A stretch of DNA of 64,000 nt from an uncultured virus (IMG/VR IMGVR_UViG_3300034378_000060) (Duplodnaviria; Heunggongvirae; Uroviricota; Caudoviricetes), in the IMG/VR virus record IMGVR_UViG_3300034378_000060. One strand, written 5' to 3'. Under the pieces are notes generated by a model that ran no database searches, had not been told where the DNA came from, and worked only from the letters and a program-made list of their open reading frames with translations. The position numbers and the translations under genes are program-made. Position 1 is the stretch's first letter. Each line of letters opens with the position of its first letter. Shown here piece after piece: positions 49,987 through 59,958 of the stretch.

Positions 49987-50072
49987 CTGAACACAAAGAC
50001 ATAAGGTTCATAATCACGCTCATATATAAATGTTTCGGTCTCTAATTCGAAACAATTAGGACAATGATGCAT
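49983..50072 (-). CDS. FxFR-tailed micro-ORF, or the frameshifted tail of 50042..50461
   Basis: MHHCPNCFELETETFIYERDYEPYVFVFR-stop. Confidence 0.5.
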   Translation of the reverse strand: MHHCPNCFELETETFIYERDYEPYVFVFR

Positions 50073-50408
50073 GACAACGAGAATGTCAACGCATGTCTCG
50101 GTGATTTCTTAAAGTATCGCCTATACGCATCGTCTCCTTGCTCAACCCACCAACGATTAACCGTATGTTCTTTGCCAACTTCTATTAATGGTTTCGTGAA
50201 ACAATTCATGAGAATTTCAAGAGTCTTCACCCGATAAAGAGGAAACTTCAATGGTGGTTTCTCATAGATAGATTCGCCTATTTCATAACCCACGACTTCG
50301 GCTCTCTCAATATGAGCAAAACACCATAAAGGAAGGTCTCGTGCTGGAACGCCTATAAATTGGTCTCCAAGCGTTATGAATGAATAAACAATATCGCCTA
50401 TCTGAAAC

Positions 50409-50987
50409 TCAGGCGGACTTTCGTTTATTGTCTCCCACGGATTGTTCTTCACTTGCGACAATCTTAACCTTTCCCTGTTCTACATCTTCAAGTTGTTCCG
50501 TAGCAGACTTAGCATTCTTCTCTTGAGCCTCACGTTTCTTCTTCAATTCAGCCAGCTTTTTCTTACGAGCTTCGGCTTGCACTTTCGCCCTGAAATCTGT
50601 GGCAACTTTCCTATTAATAGTTGCTCGTAACAATCGTGCTGAGTCCTCTTTAGAAATCTGCTTTATCTTCTTGGTTGTTTGTTTGATTCTCTGCTGGCTT
50701 TTTTGTCTATCCATCAATTGCTTGACTAAGTTTCGACAACGCTGGCACATAGTCATCTTGATAGTCAACTGCTTCTCAACAACAATGTCGGTATATTCTT
50801 TGGTCTTTCTGTTTTTAGCTTTTAACTCGTCTCGCATCTTCCAAGCCTTCACTTTGTCGTTAGAAGCCCCTTTGACGATTCGTGAAATACCATCCTTTGT
50901 CTTGAGAATGGCTATGATAATATGACTCTTACGAACGGATGACCAGAATACTTTCTTACAATACTCACATTTAGTTTGTTTCTTCAT
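50409..50987 (-). CDS. Basic Zn-finger/coiled-coil protein
   Basis: CEYC...CQRC. Confidence 0.6.
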   Translation of the reverse strand: MKKQTKCEYCKKVFWSSVRKSHIIIAILKTKDGISRIVKGASNDKVKAWKMRDELKAKNRKTKEYTDIVVEKQLTIKMTMCQRCRNLVKQLMDRQKSQQRIKQTTKKIKQISKEDSARLLRATINRKVATDFRAKVQAEARKKKLAELKKKREAQEKNAKSATEQLEDVEQGKVKIVASEEQSVGDNKRKSA

Positions 50988-50997
50988 GGTCGAACAT

Positions 50998-51381
50998 CTA
51001 CTCTTTTAGTCTCAGCCCGATATTTAAGTCTTGCGGAATAAACTCCATAAAGTTCGGGGCTTGATAGTATTTGAAGCCTTGCTTCTCCCAGAATTCACCA
51101 GCCCCCGTATCCCAGAGAGCCAGTAAGATAATTCGTTTACAACCGTGACCAGTAGCAAGAATTTTCAGCAAGTTTGACAGAAGTGTGCCGATGCCTCTTC
51201 GTTGCCATTCTTCATCTACATCTACTGCAATCACCTTCATCGTGTTGTCTTTCTTCTTGATGAGATACTTTGCGAAGGCGATACGAGTCCTCTTCACATA
51301 TGCGAAGATTGTGCCACGAGTAGCTTTCTTCTGCTCAATATGTGAAACAGTTAGTCGTATGTTAGGTGGTAGATTCGCCAT
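50998..51381 (-). CDS. GNAT family acetyltransferase
   Basis: VDEEWQRRGIGT and FWEKQGF. Confidence 0.85.
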   Translation of the reverse strand: MANLPPNIRLTVSHIEQKKATRGTIFAYVKRTRIAFAKYLIKKKDNTMKVIAVDVDEEWQRRGIGTLLSNLLKILATGHGCKRIILLALWDTGAGEFWEKQGFKYYQAPNFMEFIPQDLNIGLRLKE

Positions 51382-52051
51382 TTTCTCTCCACTCAGCCAT
51401 ATATGCTCGGTTCGAAGGGAAAACGAATAAGAGTGGTCCATGTGTGTGAGACAAGTGTTTAAGGTTGTCTCGAAGACTTTTAGCAAAATTGATTGAGTCT
51501 TCTGCTTTCCACTCCTTCTTATCTTTCATTTTCTGGGAAAGTCGAAGGTTAATGTTATGTCTTGCAATCACTTCAGGTCGAACGATTTCTCCATTTTCAA
51601 AAAGTGTTTTTATGCTACTCTTGAAGATGTGTTCTCTTTCCTTCTGGTTTAGTTTGTTGTTCCAGATAGAGCGTCCTTTATTGCCTTCTTTCTCAGTTTT
51701 CAGCATGCGTTTTTTCTTTGGTTCAAGATTAAGTTTGACTCGTTGCTGAAACTTTTTCCACCATAAGCCAATCCACATGTTCATCCATTCATTAACTTCA
51801 GCATCGTATTCTTGTGCCATAATTTGAATGTTGAAGAGACCTTGCAAGCCGACAAGAATCTTGCCAAAGTAATAGACTTCCATGTATCTGATGTGACCAG
51901 CAAACTCTTCTCGATATTCCTTCAAGTATTGAAGGTAGAGAAACATGTCCTCTCTACACCAGCCCCAAACAAGTCTGTCAAAGCCGTCAAGTCGTAAATG
52001 TGGACATAGTTCCATCAACCGTTTTCTAATCACTACATCAACATTCTGCAT
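51362..52051 (-). CDS. Hypothetical protein
   Basis: Promoter and palindrome (52098) lie upstream. Confidence 0.6.
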   Translation of the reverse strand: MQNVDVVIRKRLMELCPHLRLDGFDRLVWGWCREDMFLYLQYLKEYREEFAGHIRYMEVYYFGKILVGLQGLFNIQIMAQEYDAEVNEWMNMWIGLWWKKFQQRVKLNLEPKKKRMLKTEKEGNKGRSIWNNKLNQKEREHIFKSSIKTLFENGEIVRPEVIARHNINLRLSQKMKDKKEWKAEDSINFAKSLRDNLKHLSHTHGPLLFVFPSNRAYMAEWRENGESTT

Positions 52052-52178
52052 GCTTGCTCACCTTAATATACCACACGGCGAAATATAAGGCTTACGCTTA
52101 AGCAATTGATTAAAAAAACAGAGTGATTGACCTTCCCCTATTTAAACAGTTGATTAAATAAAAGGGGAAAAACAGGGT

Positions 52179-52553
52179 CTAAGTGAAGATTTCTAATGCC
52201 TGTGTTTTCAGCCAGTTCCACGCTTTTGAAATCGGAGTCCTTCGCACTATGAATTTCACTAATGCGTCAACACCATAGACAATCAGCGTCATTATACCAA
52301 CTTCCTCAACGGTTGAAGGTATCCAGCCGAATGTATAGGCAACGCCGTAGGTTATCATAGATACCAAGACAGTTTTCAGGGCTTTCGTTGGCTCGAATCT
52401 CTCCCAGAATTTTCTGGTGAAGATGACTTTCCAACTTGTGCCAAGTTCTTCTTGCTTCATGTAACCCATTAGTCCAGCGAGACCGCCAGATGCTAGTGCT
52501 TGTAGGAAAGGTAGAACGATGGCTTTAATAGCTTCTATTTCCAATTCATTCAC
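52179..52553 (-). CDS. Small membrane protein (possible holin)
   Basis: About three hydrophobic segments. The holin role is speculative. Confidence 0.45.
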   Translation of the reverse strand: MNELEIEAIKAIVLPFLQALASGGLAGLMGYMKQEELGTSWKVIFTRKFWERFEPTKALKTVLVSMITYGVAYTFGWIPSTVEEVGIMTLIVYGVDALVKFIVRRTPISKAWNWLKTQALEIFT

Positions 52554-52627
52554 CTACTCTTAAAGACAGCATACTCACTTATAAAGGTTATGGTGTTATT
52601 GGAAAAAGAAAAAAGAGGGTGTTAGAC

Positions 52628-53935
52628 TTAGATGTTTACGCTATTGTCAACTTTGTCCTTGACTTCTTGCTCGGTTGGAATCGTTGGTTGCAGTTTCACT
52701 AGAGCTTCTTTCAGTTTGGCTGTAAGATACGTTCTTGAGTAGCGTTGCTCGTATGCTTTGGCTTTCACCAAGTCTTTGATGAAGTTTGCCGTCTCATCTG
52801 GTCTATCATCAAAGTTAACATCATCCACTATTGTTTCGACTTCAGGTTCAAGTTGGTCGCTAACCATCTGACGCATAGTTGCAATCAACTCTTCAATTTC
52901 GCTGATTGTTCCAAGCCAGTTGCGATATGTTGGGTCGTTCTCTATTAGTTCGTCTATGGCATCGCTTAGTGCTGAGTCTTCCCTTGCACTCCGAGCGTTT
53001 CTTGCCCATTCGTCAAAGTCTGCAATTGTGAATCCAAGTGAGATTAGAGCGTCAAGAATCTTCTTGAAGTAGAACTTCCACTCCTTAACGTCCATTTCGA
53101 TACCATATTCCTTCGGGTCGCCAGCGAGTCTTATCGAGTTTTCCCAACTGTTAGGCAATTCGTAGAGGCTTGCCTGTGGCGTTGCTTCGGCTGGTGACAA
53201 GTCTGAGAAGTCTATGCCTACACGCTTGTATAGGAAATTCTTGCCATAAGTCTCTAAGTGGTGTCTGAACGTATGAGAGATGTAGAAGCCATATTTGTCA
53301 TAGTCTGTCACGACTACCAATACTGGTTGTTCAACATCGCTACGTTGTACGACATCCCAAACCATCTCATTTGAGTTTCGGCTTGGTTCACCGCTTCCAG
53401 AAGTTGCGACCAATATTCCAAGAGCGCCACAGAAATCTTGAAGTTCTTGCGTCCACATAGCGTTCTTCTCGATACCAAGAATGATTCCAGACCAGCCTTT
53501 CATTCTGGCTTGGAAACGATTTCTCGTGTTATCTTGAAGATACAAGTCTTTATAGTCCACAACTCTTTGCTCAACAAGTTGAGAGAGAGCCGTTGACATT
53601 TTGACGGAATCCTTTCGTGAGTCGAACTTGGGTCCGACTATTGCCTGTGCGTATTTCTTGAAGGCGGTATTTTGTGGGTCTGATGCCACACCATACCAGT
53701 CCGCTCTCAACCAACGGGTTTTATGGCGAACAATCCGTCTTACTCTGGCTGACTCAACAAACCAAAGTCTGTATATCATGGACACATTGCTATTCTGAAT
53801 GTCGGCTCTGTGGTTGATTGCTAAGAAGTGCATTGCATTCATTGTGTTGCTATAACCAGCGTGGCTTTGTGCTTTCGCTCTGTATTCGGCTAAGTGGTTT
53901 CGGTCAAAGTTTGACAGTCTTGTTTCGTCCAACAT
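52628..53935 (-). CDS. Topo VIA/Spo11-type TOPRIM domain protein
   Basis: IEK, G.PS, TDYDKYG..I, RVGI and IEMD motifs. Confidence 0.6.
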   Translation of the reverse strand: MLDETRLSNFDRNHLAEYRAKAQSHAGYSNTMNAMHFLAINHRADIQNSNVSMIYRLWFVESARVRRIVRHKTRWLRADWYGVASDPQNTAFKKYAQAIVGPKFDSRKDSVKMSTALSQLVEQRVVDYKDLYLQDNTRNRFQARMKGWSGIILGIEKNAMWTQELQDFCGALGILVATSGSGEPSRNSNEMVWDVVQRSDVEQPVLVVVTDYDKYGFYISHTFRHHLETYGKNFLYKRVGIDFSDLSPAEATPQASLYELPNSWENSIRLAGDPKEYGIEMDVKEWKFYFKKILDALISLGFTIADFDEWARNARSAREDSALSDAIDELIENDPTYRNWLGTISEIEELIATMRQMVSDQLEPEVETIVDDVNFDDRPDETANFIKDLVKAKAYEQRYSRTYLTAKLKEALVKLQPTIPTEQEVKDKVDNSVNI

Positions 53936-53990
53936 TTTAATCGGACTCTAACTCTCAGCACGGCTTATAAGGCTTTCGCTGATTTTGCCA

Positions 53991-54209
53991 TTATTTTCTT
54001 CGCCGTCTCTTCCGCTCGACTCGAATTAGCCTTCCGATGTTTGCACATTTCTTCTCGTAGTTTCGGCGGTTGCGAACCCTTGGCACTTTGCTTTTTCTGA
54101 AGTTATTCTGTGGCAAGCCCTTCTTGGATTTACGAGTCTGGTTAGACCACTTTTTCGGTTGAAGACTTCGGGTTTTACCCGCTTTACTTAAACTTCCATG
54201 TGTTGGCAT
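53991..54209 (-). CDS. rps30e: Ribosomal protein eS30 (S30e)
   Basis: MPTHGSLSKAGK.RS..PK...KVPRVRNRRNYEKK. Confidence 0.85.
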   Translation of the reverse strand: MPTHGSLSKAGKTRSLQPKKWSNQTRKSKKGLPQNNFRKSKVPRVRNRRNYEKKCANIGRLIRVERKRRRRK

Positions 54210-54659
54210 TTAGGACACCTTCTTGAATACGTCTCGGATTTCTCCACCAATATCTGGTATGAATTTGAAGTTGTCTATCTGTTCTTCAGTTATCCACTTA
54301 TAGTCTTGGCTCTCAGTCAACTCTATCGCTATCTCATCAGCATTCTTGTCAAGAACAACGTAGTAACTCAACACTAAACGGTTGATTGCCCCAGCATATA
54401 TCGAACAGAGATACTTCAACTCGCTAACATATGTGTGGATTCCAGTTTCTTCCTTTAGTTCTCGAACAGCACATACTTCAGCGGAGAAGTAACGAAAGTC
54501 TTCTGAGACAAGTATGCCATCGGTATCGCTGATTTTTCCACCAGCCACAGTCCACAAGTTAGGAAATGTTCCATCGCTTGCTCTCTGAACTATAAGAGCC
54601 TTCTTGTCTTTGGATATGACAATTATGGTTGAACTGACCTTCAAAGATTCTAAGTCCAT
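54210..54659 (-). CDS. Nudix hydrolase
   Basis: AGGK...AVRELKEETGI Nudix box. Confidence 0.9.
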   Translation of the reverse strand: MDLESLKVSSTIIVISKDKKALIVQRASDGTFPNLWTVAGGKISDTDGILVSEDFRYFSAEVCAVRELKEETGIHTYVSELKYLCSIYAGAINRLVLSYYVVLDKNADEIAIELTESQDYKWITEEQIDNFKFIPDIGGEIRDVFKKVS

Positions 54660-55052
54660 TTAATCTCTCTCCATTTTCTGTTTTGCGAATTCATTCGCTT
54701 GACGAAAAGCCTCATCCCAACCCAACTCGTAAACGCTAAAGGTTTTAAGTTGAACTGGCTCATTGTTATTTTCGTAATCCCTTCTACGTGAAACTTCAAT
54801 GTAGTGAAACTTTGGATAGCCACCACACCAGCACGGTCTTCCCCAATGAGGTTGAACTATGATGTCAATTTCCTCTTCGTAATTGGAATACATGAAATAG
54901 CCTTCTTTTACTCCACCATCTTCCAACTCCCAGCCTTCAGGCAACGGCTTGATTTCTACTGGTATATAAGTCTTTTGTTTCTCTTCGAATTCTTTGCCTT
55001 CGTCCGTCTTCTTCCATTCGTTGTAACCTTTAAGCATTGCTTCAAAGCTCAT
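54660..55052 (-). CDS. Hypothetical protein
   Basis: Co-oriented operon. Confidence 0.55.
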   Translation of the reverse strand: MSFEAMLKGYNEWKKTDEGKEFEEKQKTYIPVEIKPLPEGWELEDGGVKEGYFMYSNYEEEIDIIVQPHWGRPCWCGGYPKFHYIEVSRRRDYENNNEPVQLKTFSVYELGWDEAFRQANEFAKQKMERD

Positions 55053-55058
55053 TCATTA

Positions 55059-55331
55059 TCACCTAAATTGGAAGTCCTCTTTTTTAGGTGGAAACTTGTG
55101 AGGCTTTAATTCTCGGATTATGAGAAACTGTATCTGTTTACACCAGACGGCTTGAAGGATTTCTATCTCGTATTTCCAAGTCTTGTCTGAGCCAATCTTG
55201 AAATTAGCAACCATCTTCCATTCTTCGCCACCAATCAACGTAGTGAGCTTGAGGAAGTAGGTCTTCAATCGGCTTTTAAGGTTCGGATAACGATACTCGT
55301 GCCAAATACATTCACGCATCAACATCATCAC
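55059..55331 (-). CDS. Hypothetical protein, FxFR-tailed
   Basis: Ends PPKKEDFQFR. Confidence 0.7.
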   Translation of the reverse strand: MMMLMRECIWHEYRYPNLKSRLKTYFLKLTTLIGGEEWKMVANFKIGSDKTWKYEIEILQAVWCKQIQFLIIRELKPHKFPPKKEDFQFR

Positions 55332-55666
55332 CTGAATTGAAACTCTTCTGGTTTTGGTTTGCCTACCAGCATCTTCTCTAATGCTTCAGCCAACTTGATT
55401 ACCTTTGGGTCTAAGTTGTGAATCTCAATCTCGTCTGAACCTAATGTCTCATCGTCCAATACGAATTCTATTACGTCAGAAGAAAAGAATCGGCGATTTT
55501 TCACTCGATATTTCATATCGCAAGAACCATACTGATATGTTTCTACATGAAATCCGTGACTTTTAATGATGTCGGTGACTTGCTTTCGGCGTTTCAGTAA
55601 TGCACGTTTCTTCTGAAGTTGCTCTTTTACCTTGAGTTTCTGGTCGGCAACGGTAGTCATTATCAC
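55328..55666 (-). CDS. Hypothetical protein, FxFR-tailed
   Basis: Ends PKPEEFQFR. Confidence 0.7.
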   Translation of the reverse strand: MIMTTVADQKLKVKEQLQKKRALLKRRKQVTDIIKSHGFHVETYQYGSCDMKYRVKNRRFFSSDVIEFVLDDETLGSDEIEIHNLDPKVIKLAEALEKMLVGKPKPEEFQFR

Positions 55667-56250
55667 TCATCTCGAAACTTGATTGCTAGATGTGTTGGTG
55701 TTCGTTCCAGCGGAAAGGCTTTCTTTCGGTCTATTAGCCAACTTAAAGTGAGAGTAAACATCTGCTCTTTTGCTACGTCATATTCGGACGGGTCTTCAAA
55801 TCCAAACTCTACTTGTTGAAGACTACACAGAAGATAGAATGCTTCTCGGTCAACAAAATAGACTTTATCCTTCACATGCACGATGCACATAAAGTCGTTC
55901 AAGTTCATTATTGACCCTCTCGATTTGCTTTGGTGTGAATCTTTGTCACACAGAACAGACAGACTTCTTTCAGTTTTTTCTTGCCGTCAACCCGTTCCAT
56001 CCATTGTAACCGTCTGTAATGTCCACAAGTTAAGCATGGGTCTTCTGCTAGAACAACTCTGTGAGTGCCAAGACGAAGTTCCTCTTTCTTCTTCTTTGTC
56101 TCAAATGGCACTTTGAATGTGGAAGCGGTCATTCTTCGATAACTCCTTTCCCTCTACACCGATAGCAGATGATTATATGTCTGTGTATCATCCATAAGCA
56201 TGGTAACGGAAACGAGACGAATCCCAATCCACGACATATAGGACAAGTTT

Positions 56251-56736
56251 TCAAGCAAATTCCCTCAGTAATTCTTCATTTCGTTTACCTATCATGCGGT
56301 CTGAACGTTCTCGCCTAAGTTCATGAGCAATCTTCCAAGCCGAATCCGAGAATCGAATGTAGTGAGTATATACTTTCTTTGGTATTCCCGATAATCTTTC
56401 TATGGCTTCATCACTAAGGCTTCCAAAGGAGATGAATTCGCTCATCGTCCACCGTCCAAGAATGTCAATCTCAGGCGAGTTGATTCTTCGCCCTTCGACA
56501 CGACCATACTGGTCGGTAAGGCAAGTCTCCAAGTATAACAGTAGTGATGCTTCCATCTTAGGAAGTTCTTCACTTTCCGAGATTGAGACGAACCCATAGA
56601 CTTCAATGTTCTTCATTCGTCTGACTTTTGTGCATACTGGACATGACAGTTGTCCGCCAACGCCAGCAAACATCGTATTGACTTCATATGGATGACTTTT
56701 CCAACCGCATTTGCAAACTAAGTATTTTACGTTCAA
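56251..56736 (-). CDS. Hypothetical protein with N-terminal Zn ribbon
   Basis: CKCG...CPVC. Confidence 0.55.
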   Translation of the reverse strand: MNVKYLVCKCGWKSHPYEVNTMFAGVGGQLSCPVCTKVRRMKNIEVYGFVSISESEELPKMEASLLLYLETCLTDQYGRVEGRRINSPEIDILGRWTMSEFISFGSLSDEAIERLSGIPKKVYTHYIRFSDSAWKIAHELRRERSDRMIGKRNEELLREFA

Positions 56737-57065
56737 GGCTTACACCTATTAGTAAATAGTAATATAGCACGGCAACATATAAGCATTATGCTTAATCAAT
56801 TGATTAAATAGTTCACGGACAAAAAAGAGATGTCAGCCACAAGTGAGACACATACCGCAACGTGGACATTTGTTAAGATTCCATTTTAGCAAGTACAGAA
56901 ACCCACATTGAGAACATGAATCCCAATCTTCTTCTCGTGGTTGGGATTGACAATTAGCAACGCTTTCCAATTTGCCCCACCGTTAATCTATATTAAAGAT
57001 AGTAACGACTATAAAAGAGTTTTGTTTGAGACTATCACTATCAGTTTCGCTGTGCGACAAATGAC

Positions 57066-57461
57066 TTACTTGTTTTTAATTATGAGCCATTTTGCTTGAT
57101 TTCCAAACTTTATAGCTTGCTTACCAGTCCAGCATGCCCCAGATTTTACATGAGAATCTGTATGACAATGGTAACACTTATTGAATCTTTTTCCATCGTA
57201 ATCTTCTGGGTAATCATCAGCAACAACTACAAAAACTATGTCAGATTTTGCGATGTCTGTGTTCCGAGCTTTGTAACCGTATTCGCCATCCCATGCTTCT
57301 GTGGTCGGGGCTTTAATATCTAAGTCTGCTTCACGACCACACATCTTCGCAATTTCCTCAGTCCATATATCTACTCCGCCCATTCTTGAGTGACCAGATA
57401 CAATTTGTGCATTTGGATGAGACAGGATAATTTCAAATATAGCTAACTTTGTTCTGCACAT
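57066..57461 (-). CDS. SLOG/YspA-like nucleotide-binding protein
   Basis: IVSG...GGVD..., RN..IA and SG..WT. Confidence 0.6.
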   Translation of the reverse strand: MCRTKLAIFEIILSHPNAQIVSGHSRMGGVDIWTEEIAKMCGREADLDIKAPTTEAWDGEYGYKARNTDIAKSDIVFVVVADDYPEDYDGKRFNKCYHCHTDSHVKSGACWTGKQAIKFGNQAKWLIIKNK

Positions 57462-58397
57462 GCCTAACTCAGTAAACTTCTCTTCCCCTGTTCTGAATAC
57501 TTCTCTCTTGTGTAAAAGTTTTATATAAAATTGTCTGTCTTTTCATGTCGTCTGATTCAAGAATGCAATCCCTATGATTGTTATCAATAAATAATCCCAA
57601 GACACATGAATCGTGTAGCTTTCCCAAAATCCTCTTCTAATAAAAATTCTATCTAAAAAGGTCGTCATACTCATTTCTGTTCCTTCTTCAACATTCTTGA
57701 GGTAACAAGTTTAGGAGGAGGAATAAAACCGCAAATTCCACAACGCCTATGAACGATGTAAATTTTACTTGAAAGTTTTCCTTCCTTTAACTCTCGCAAA
57801 AATCGTTTACGATACTTTGGTGAAACTAAAGTTCGTATTCTCTCTTCAACTCCATCATCAATTTCTATTTCTGTTACTTGCCATTCACCTCTTCCACAAT
57901 AGCAAAGTCGAAATTCAGAAATTGGAATCATTTCTGTTCCTCCTCTTTTGATTTTAGCATCATTCTTCTTCGAGAGATAATGGGATGCTTCTCAATCTCT
58001 TCGCCACCCAAAATACCAATGGATTGTTCCAAGGTAACTCTCATCATGCCCTCGCACTTCGTAGGTTTCAGTTTTTCTGCCTTTGGGGTGTTTCAACTTG
58101 CGGAAATTCACATACCTCATTTGTCTTGCTCCAACAACTTCTTTTTACTATAATGTCGTGGCAACCATTGTTTAGGGTAAAGCCCAGAATTATTGAGTTC
58201 TTTTAATTTGCCTTCTAATCTTTTGAGGTTTTCCTCAGCATTAGGAATTTCGTCTTTTGAGTAAACTGTTCCTCTATCCAAAAAAGTCTTTATCATTTTA
58301 ATCGCTTCATAAGTTTTACATCTTTCGCAAATCCAAAACATACTACGGCTCATATATGGAGAAATATTATTTCGTGTACCACATTTACAACATGAAC

Positions 58398-58761
58398 TCA
58401 TTTTTCTGACTCCAACAACTTCTCTTCATATGGACACTCGTGAAGTAGCTTGAGTAGCTTTGGATACTCTTCACACCGCTTAACTAATGCTCGAAGGTCT
58501 GAAGATGCGTCATTGCTGTTTCCGACTACTAATTTGAACGGAATAAACTTTACCGTCTATCATCCAGTTTTCATCATCGGGTTTAAACTTTTCAATGTTG
58601 AGCTTGGTGTATTTATACTTCATTTCCTCAAGCCAGATAGCCATGTTTGAGCCGTCTTTCTTCTCCGTCCAGTAGAGCTTCTGACCTAAAAGAACCCGTA
58701 TCGTAGGCTTCATGCTGAGTAAAAGCGGAATATGAGGATACTTGTGAATCCAGTCGGTCAT
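58398..58761 (-). pseudogene. RNA ligase-like fragment, frameshifted and truncated
   Basis: Motif I WTEKKDGSN. After ISSR the +1 frame continues NSNDASSDLRALVKRCEEYPKLLKLL and stops at 58398. Confidence 0.55.
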
Positions 58762-58901
58762 AATGACACCTGAGAAATAGAATGTGAACCAACCTTATAA
58801 ACCTTTCGTCTTAAACAATGATAGATAAAGTGTATTTGTGTTGTCCAGTAATATAAAGTTTAAATATCGGTTTAACCTATAAGATGTATTAAGGTGAAAT
58901 T

Positions 58902-59822
58902 ATGAGGAAGAAAACAAACGTTCTACTGGCGTTCACTATGATTCTGGCATTTACGTTGACTATATTATCTGTTCAAGCCTATGATTCGAGATATTACAGC
59001 TTTGTATCAGACCACTATGGTAGTAACATTGGTGGAAACTGGAATAACTTCTACTCAACAACTGGACATACATTTACTCATTATGCATTATTTAGAAATA
59101 AATTTGCATTAGTAATGGATGAATGGTCTGGTTTTGAACATGGCTGGTTACGTGTTGGCTTAAATACTGACATGCATGCTGGTGGAGAAAAGTGGGTAAA
59201 AATGTCTGTCTATGCTGACCCCGCATCATCGTGGTGTGGTGGGGCAATGCTTATCGAAGTTGGCTCTTTAGACTGGTTAGCTGATGTCTATTGTATGTAT
59301 GCAGACGGTTCATCTCCTGAACACTTTGCGGTAGGTAACTGGCAAGACTATTACTTTGCAATCGAAACACGATTTTCACTCAGCAATGAACAAGTTAGTG
59401 GCAAACGAGAATTCATCTTTGCAGTAAAATACTGGCGAATAACAAAAAGCTCTGGCTATATGTATCTCTTAACTGAAAAAGGTGGCTATTCAAATAAACC
59501 ATTTACTACTGAAAACGACTTCTGTCACAAAGTAGAAGCTCACTATGGATGGACTACGCCAAGCACAGGAACTTGGAATGCATTATTTAACATATATGAC
59601 ATTGGGGCACGACCCGACCTTGCTGGTAAAGACTGTATCGTTGATATTAGTGATGTGGTAGTCGTAGGTGGTTGCTATGGAAGCTCTCTCGGCGGTAGTG
59701 GACTTACATGGGACGAATGGATGTGGCAAACAAACTGTTGGAAAGCAGACGTTGATAGAAGTCTTGATATAGACATCTTCGACATTGGATATATCTCAGG
59801 TCAATACGGACGAAGTTGGTAG
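58902..59822 (+). CDS. Secreted protein with C-terminal dockerin-like domain
   Basis: Signal peptide, then DCIVDISDV...ADVDRSLDIDIFDI. Confidence 0.7.
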   Translation: MRKKTNVLLAFTMILAFTLTILSVQAYDSRYYSFVSDHYGSNIGGNWNNFYSTTGHTFTHYALFRNKFALVMDEWSGFEHGWLRVGLNTDMHAGGEKWVKMSVYADPASSWCGGAMLIEVGSLDWLADVYCMYADGSSPEHFAVGNWQDYYFAIETRFSLSNEQVSGKREFIFAVKYWRITKSSGYMYLLTEKGGYSNKPFTTENDFCHKVEAHYGWTTPSTGTWNALFNIYDIGARPDLAGKDCIVDISDVVVVGGCYGSSLGGSGLTWDEWMWQTNCWKADVDRSLDIDIFDIGYISGQYGRSW

Positions 59823-59862
59823 AACAATTCAAAAATAATTTCTCCCCTTTTTTTATTTAATT

Positions 59863-59958
59863 GGTGTCATTAGGGTCACACACCTTGGCGTTGCATCTAA
59901 CCGCTCGTGAGCAGTTGCTTCTAACGCTCGATGGGCGTGTTTCATCCCCGATGACGGC
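59863..59958 (-). ncRNA. Candidate rod-shaped ncRNA with a kink-turn-like motif
   Basis: Nested stems GTCAT/ATGAC, GGG/CCC, ACACGCC/GGTGTGT, GCGTT/AACGC and AACTGCT/AGCGGTT. Promoter at 60003-60019. Confidence 0.45.
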
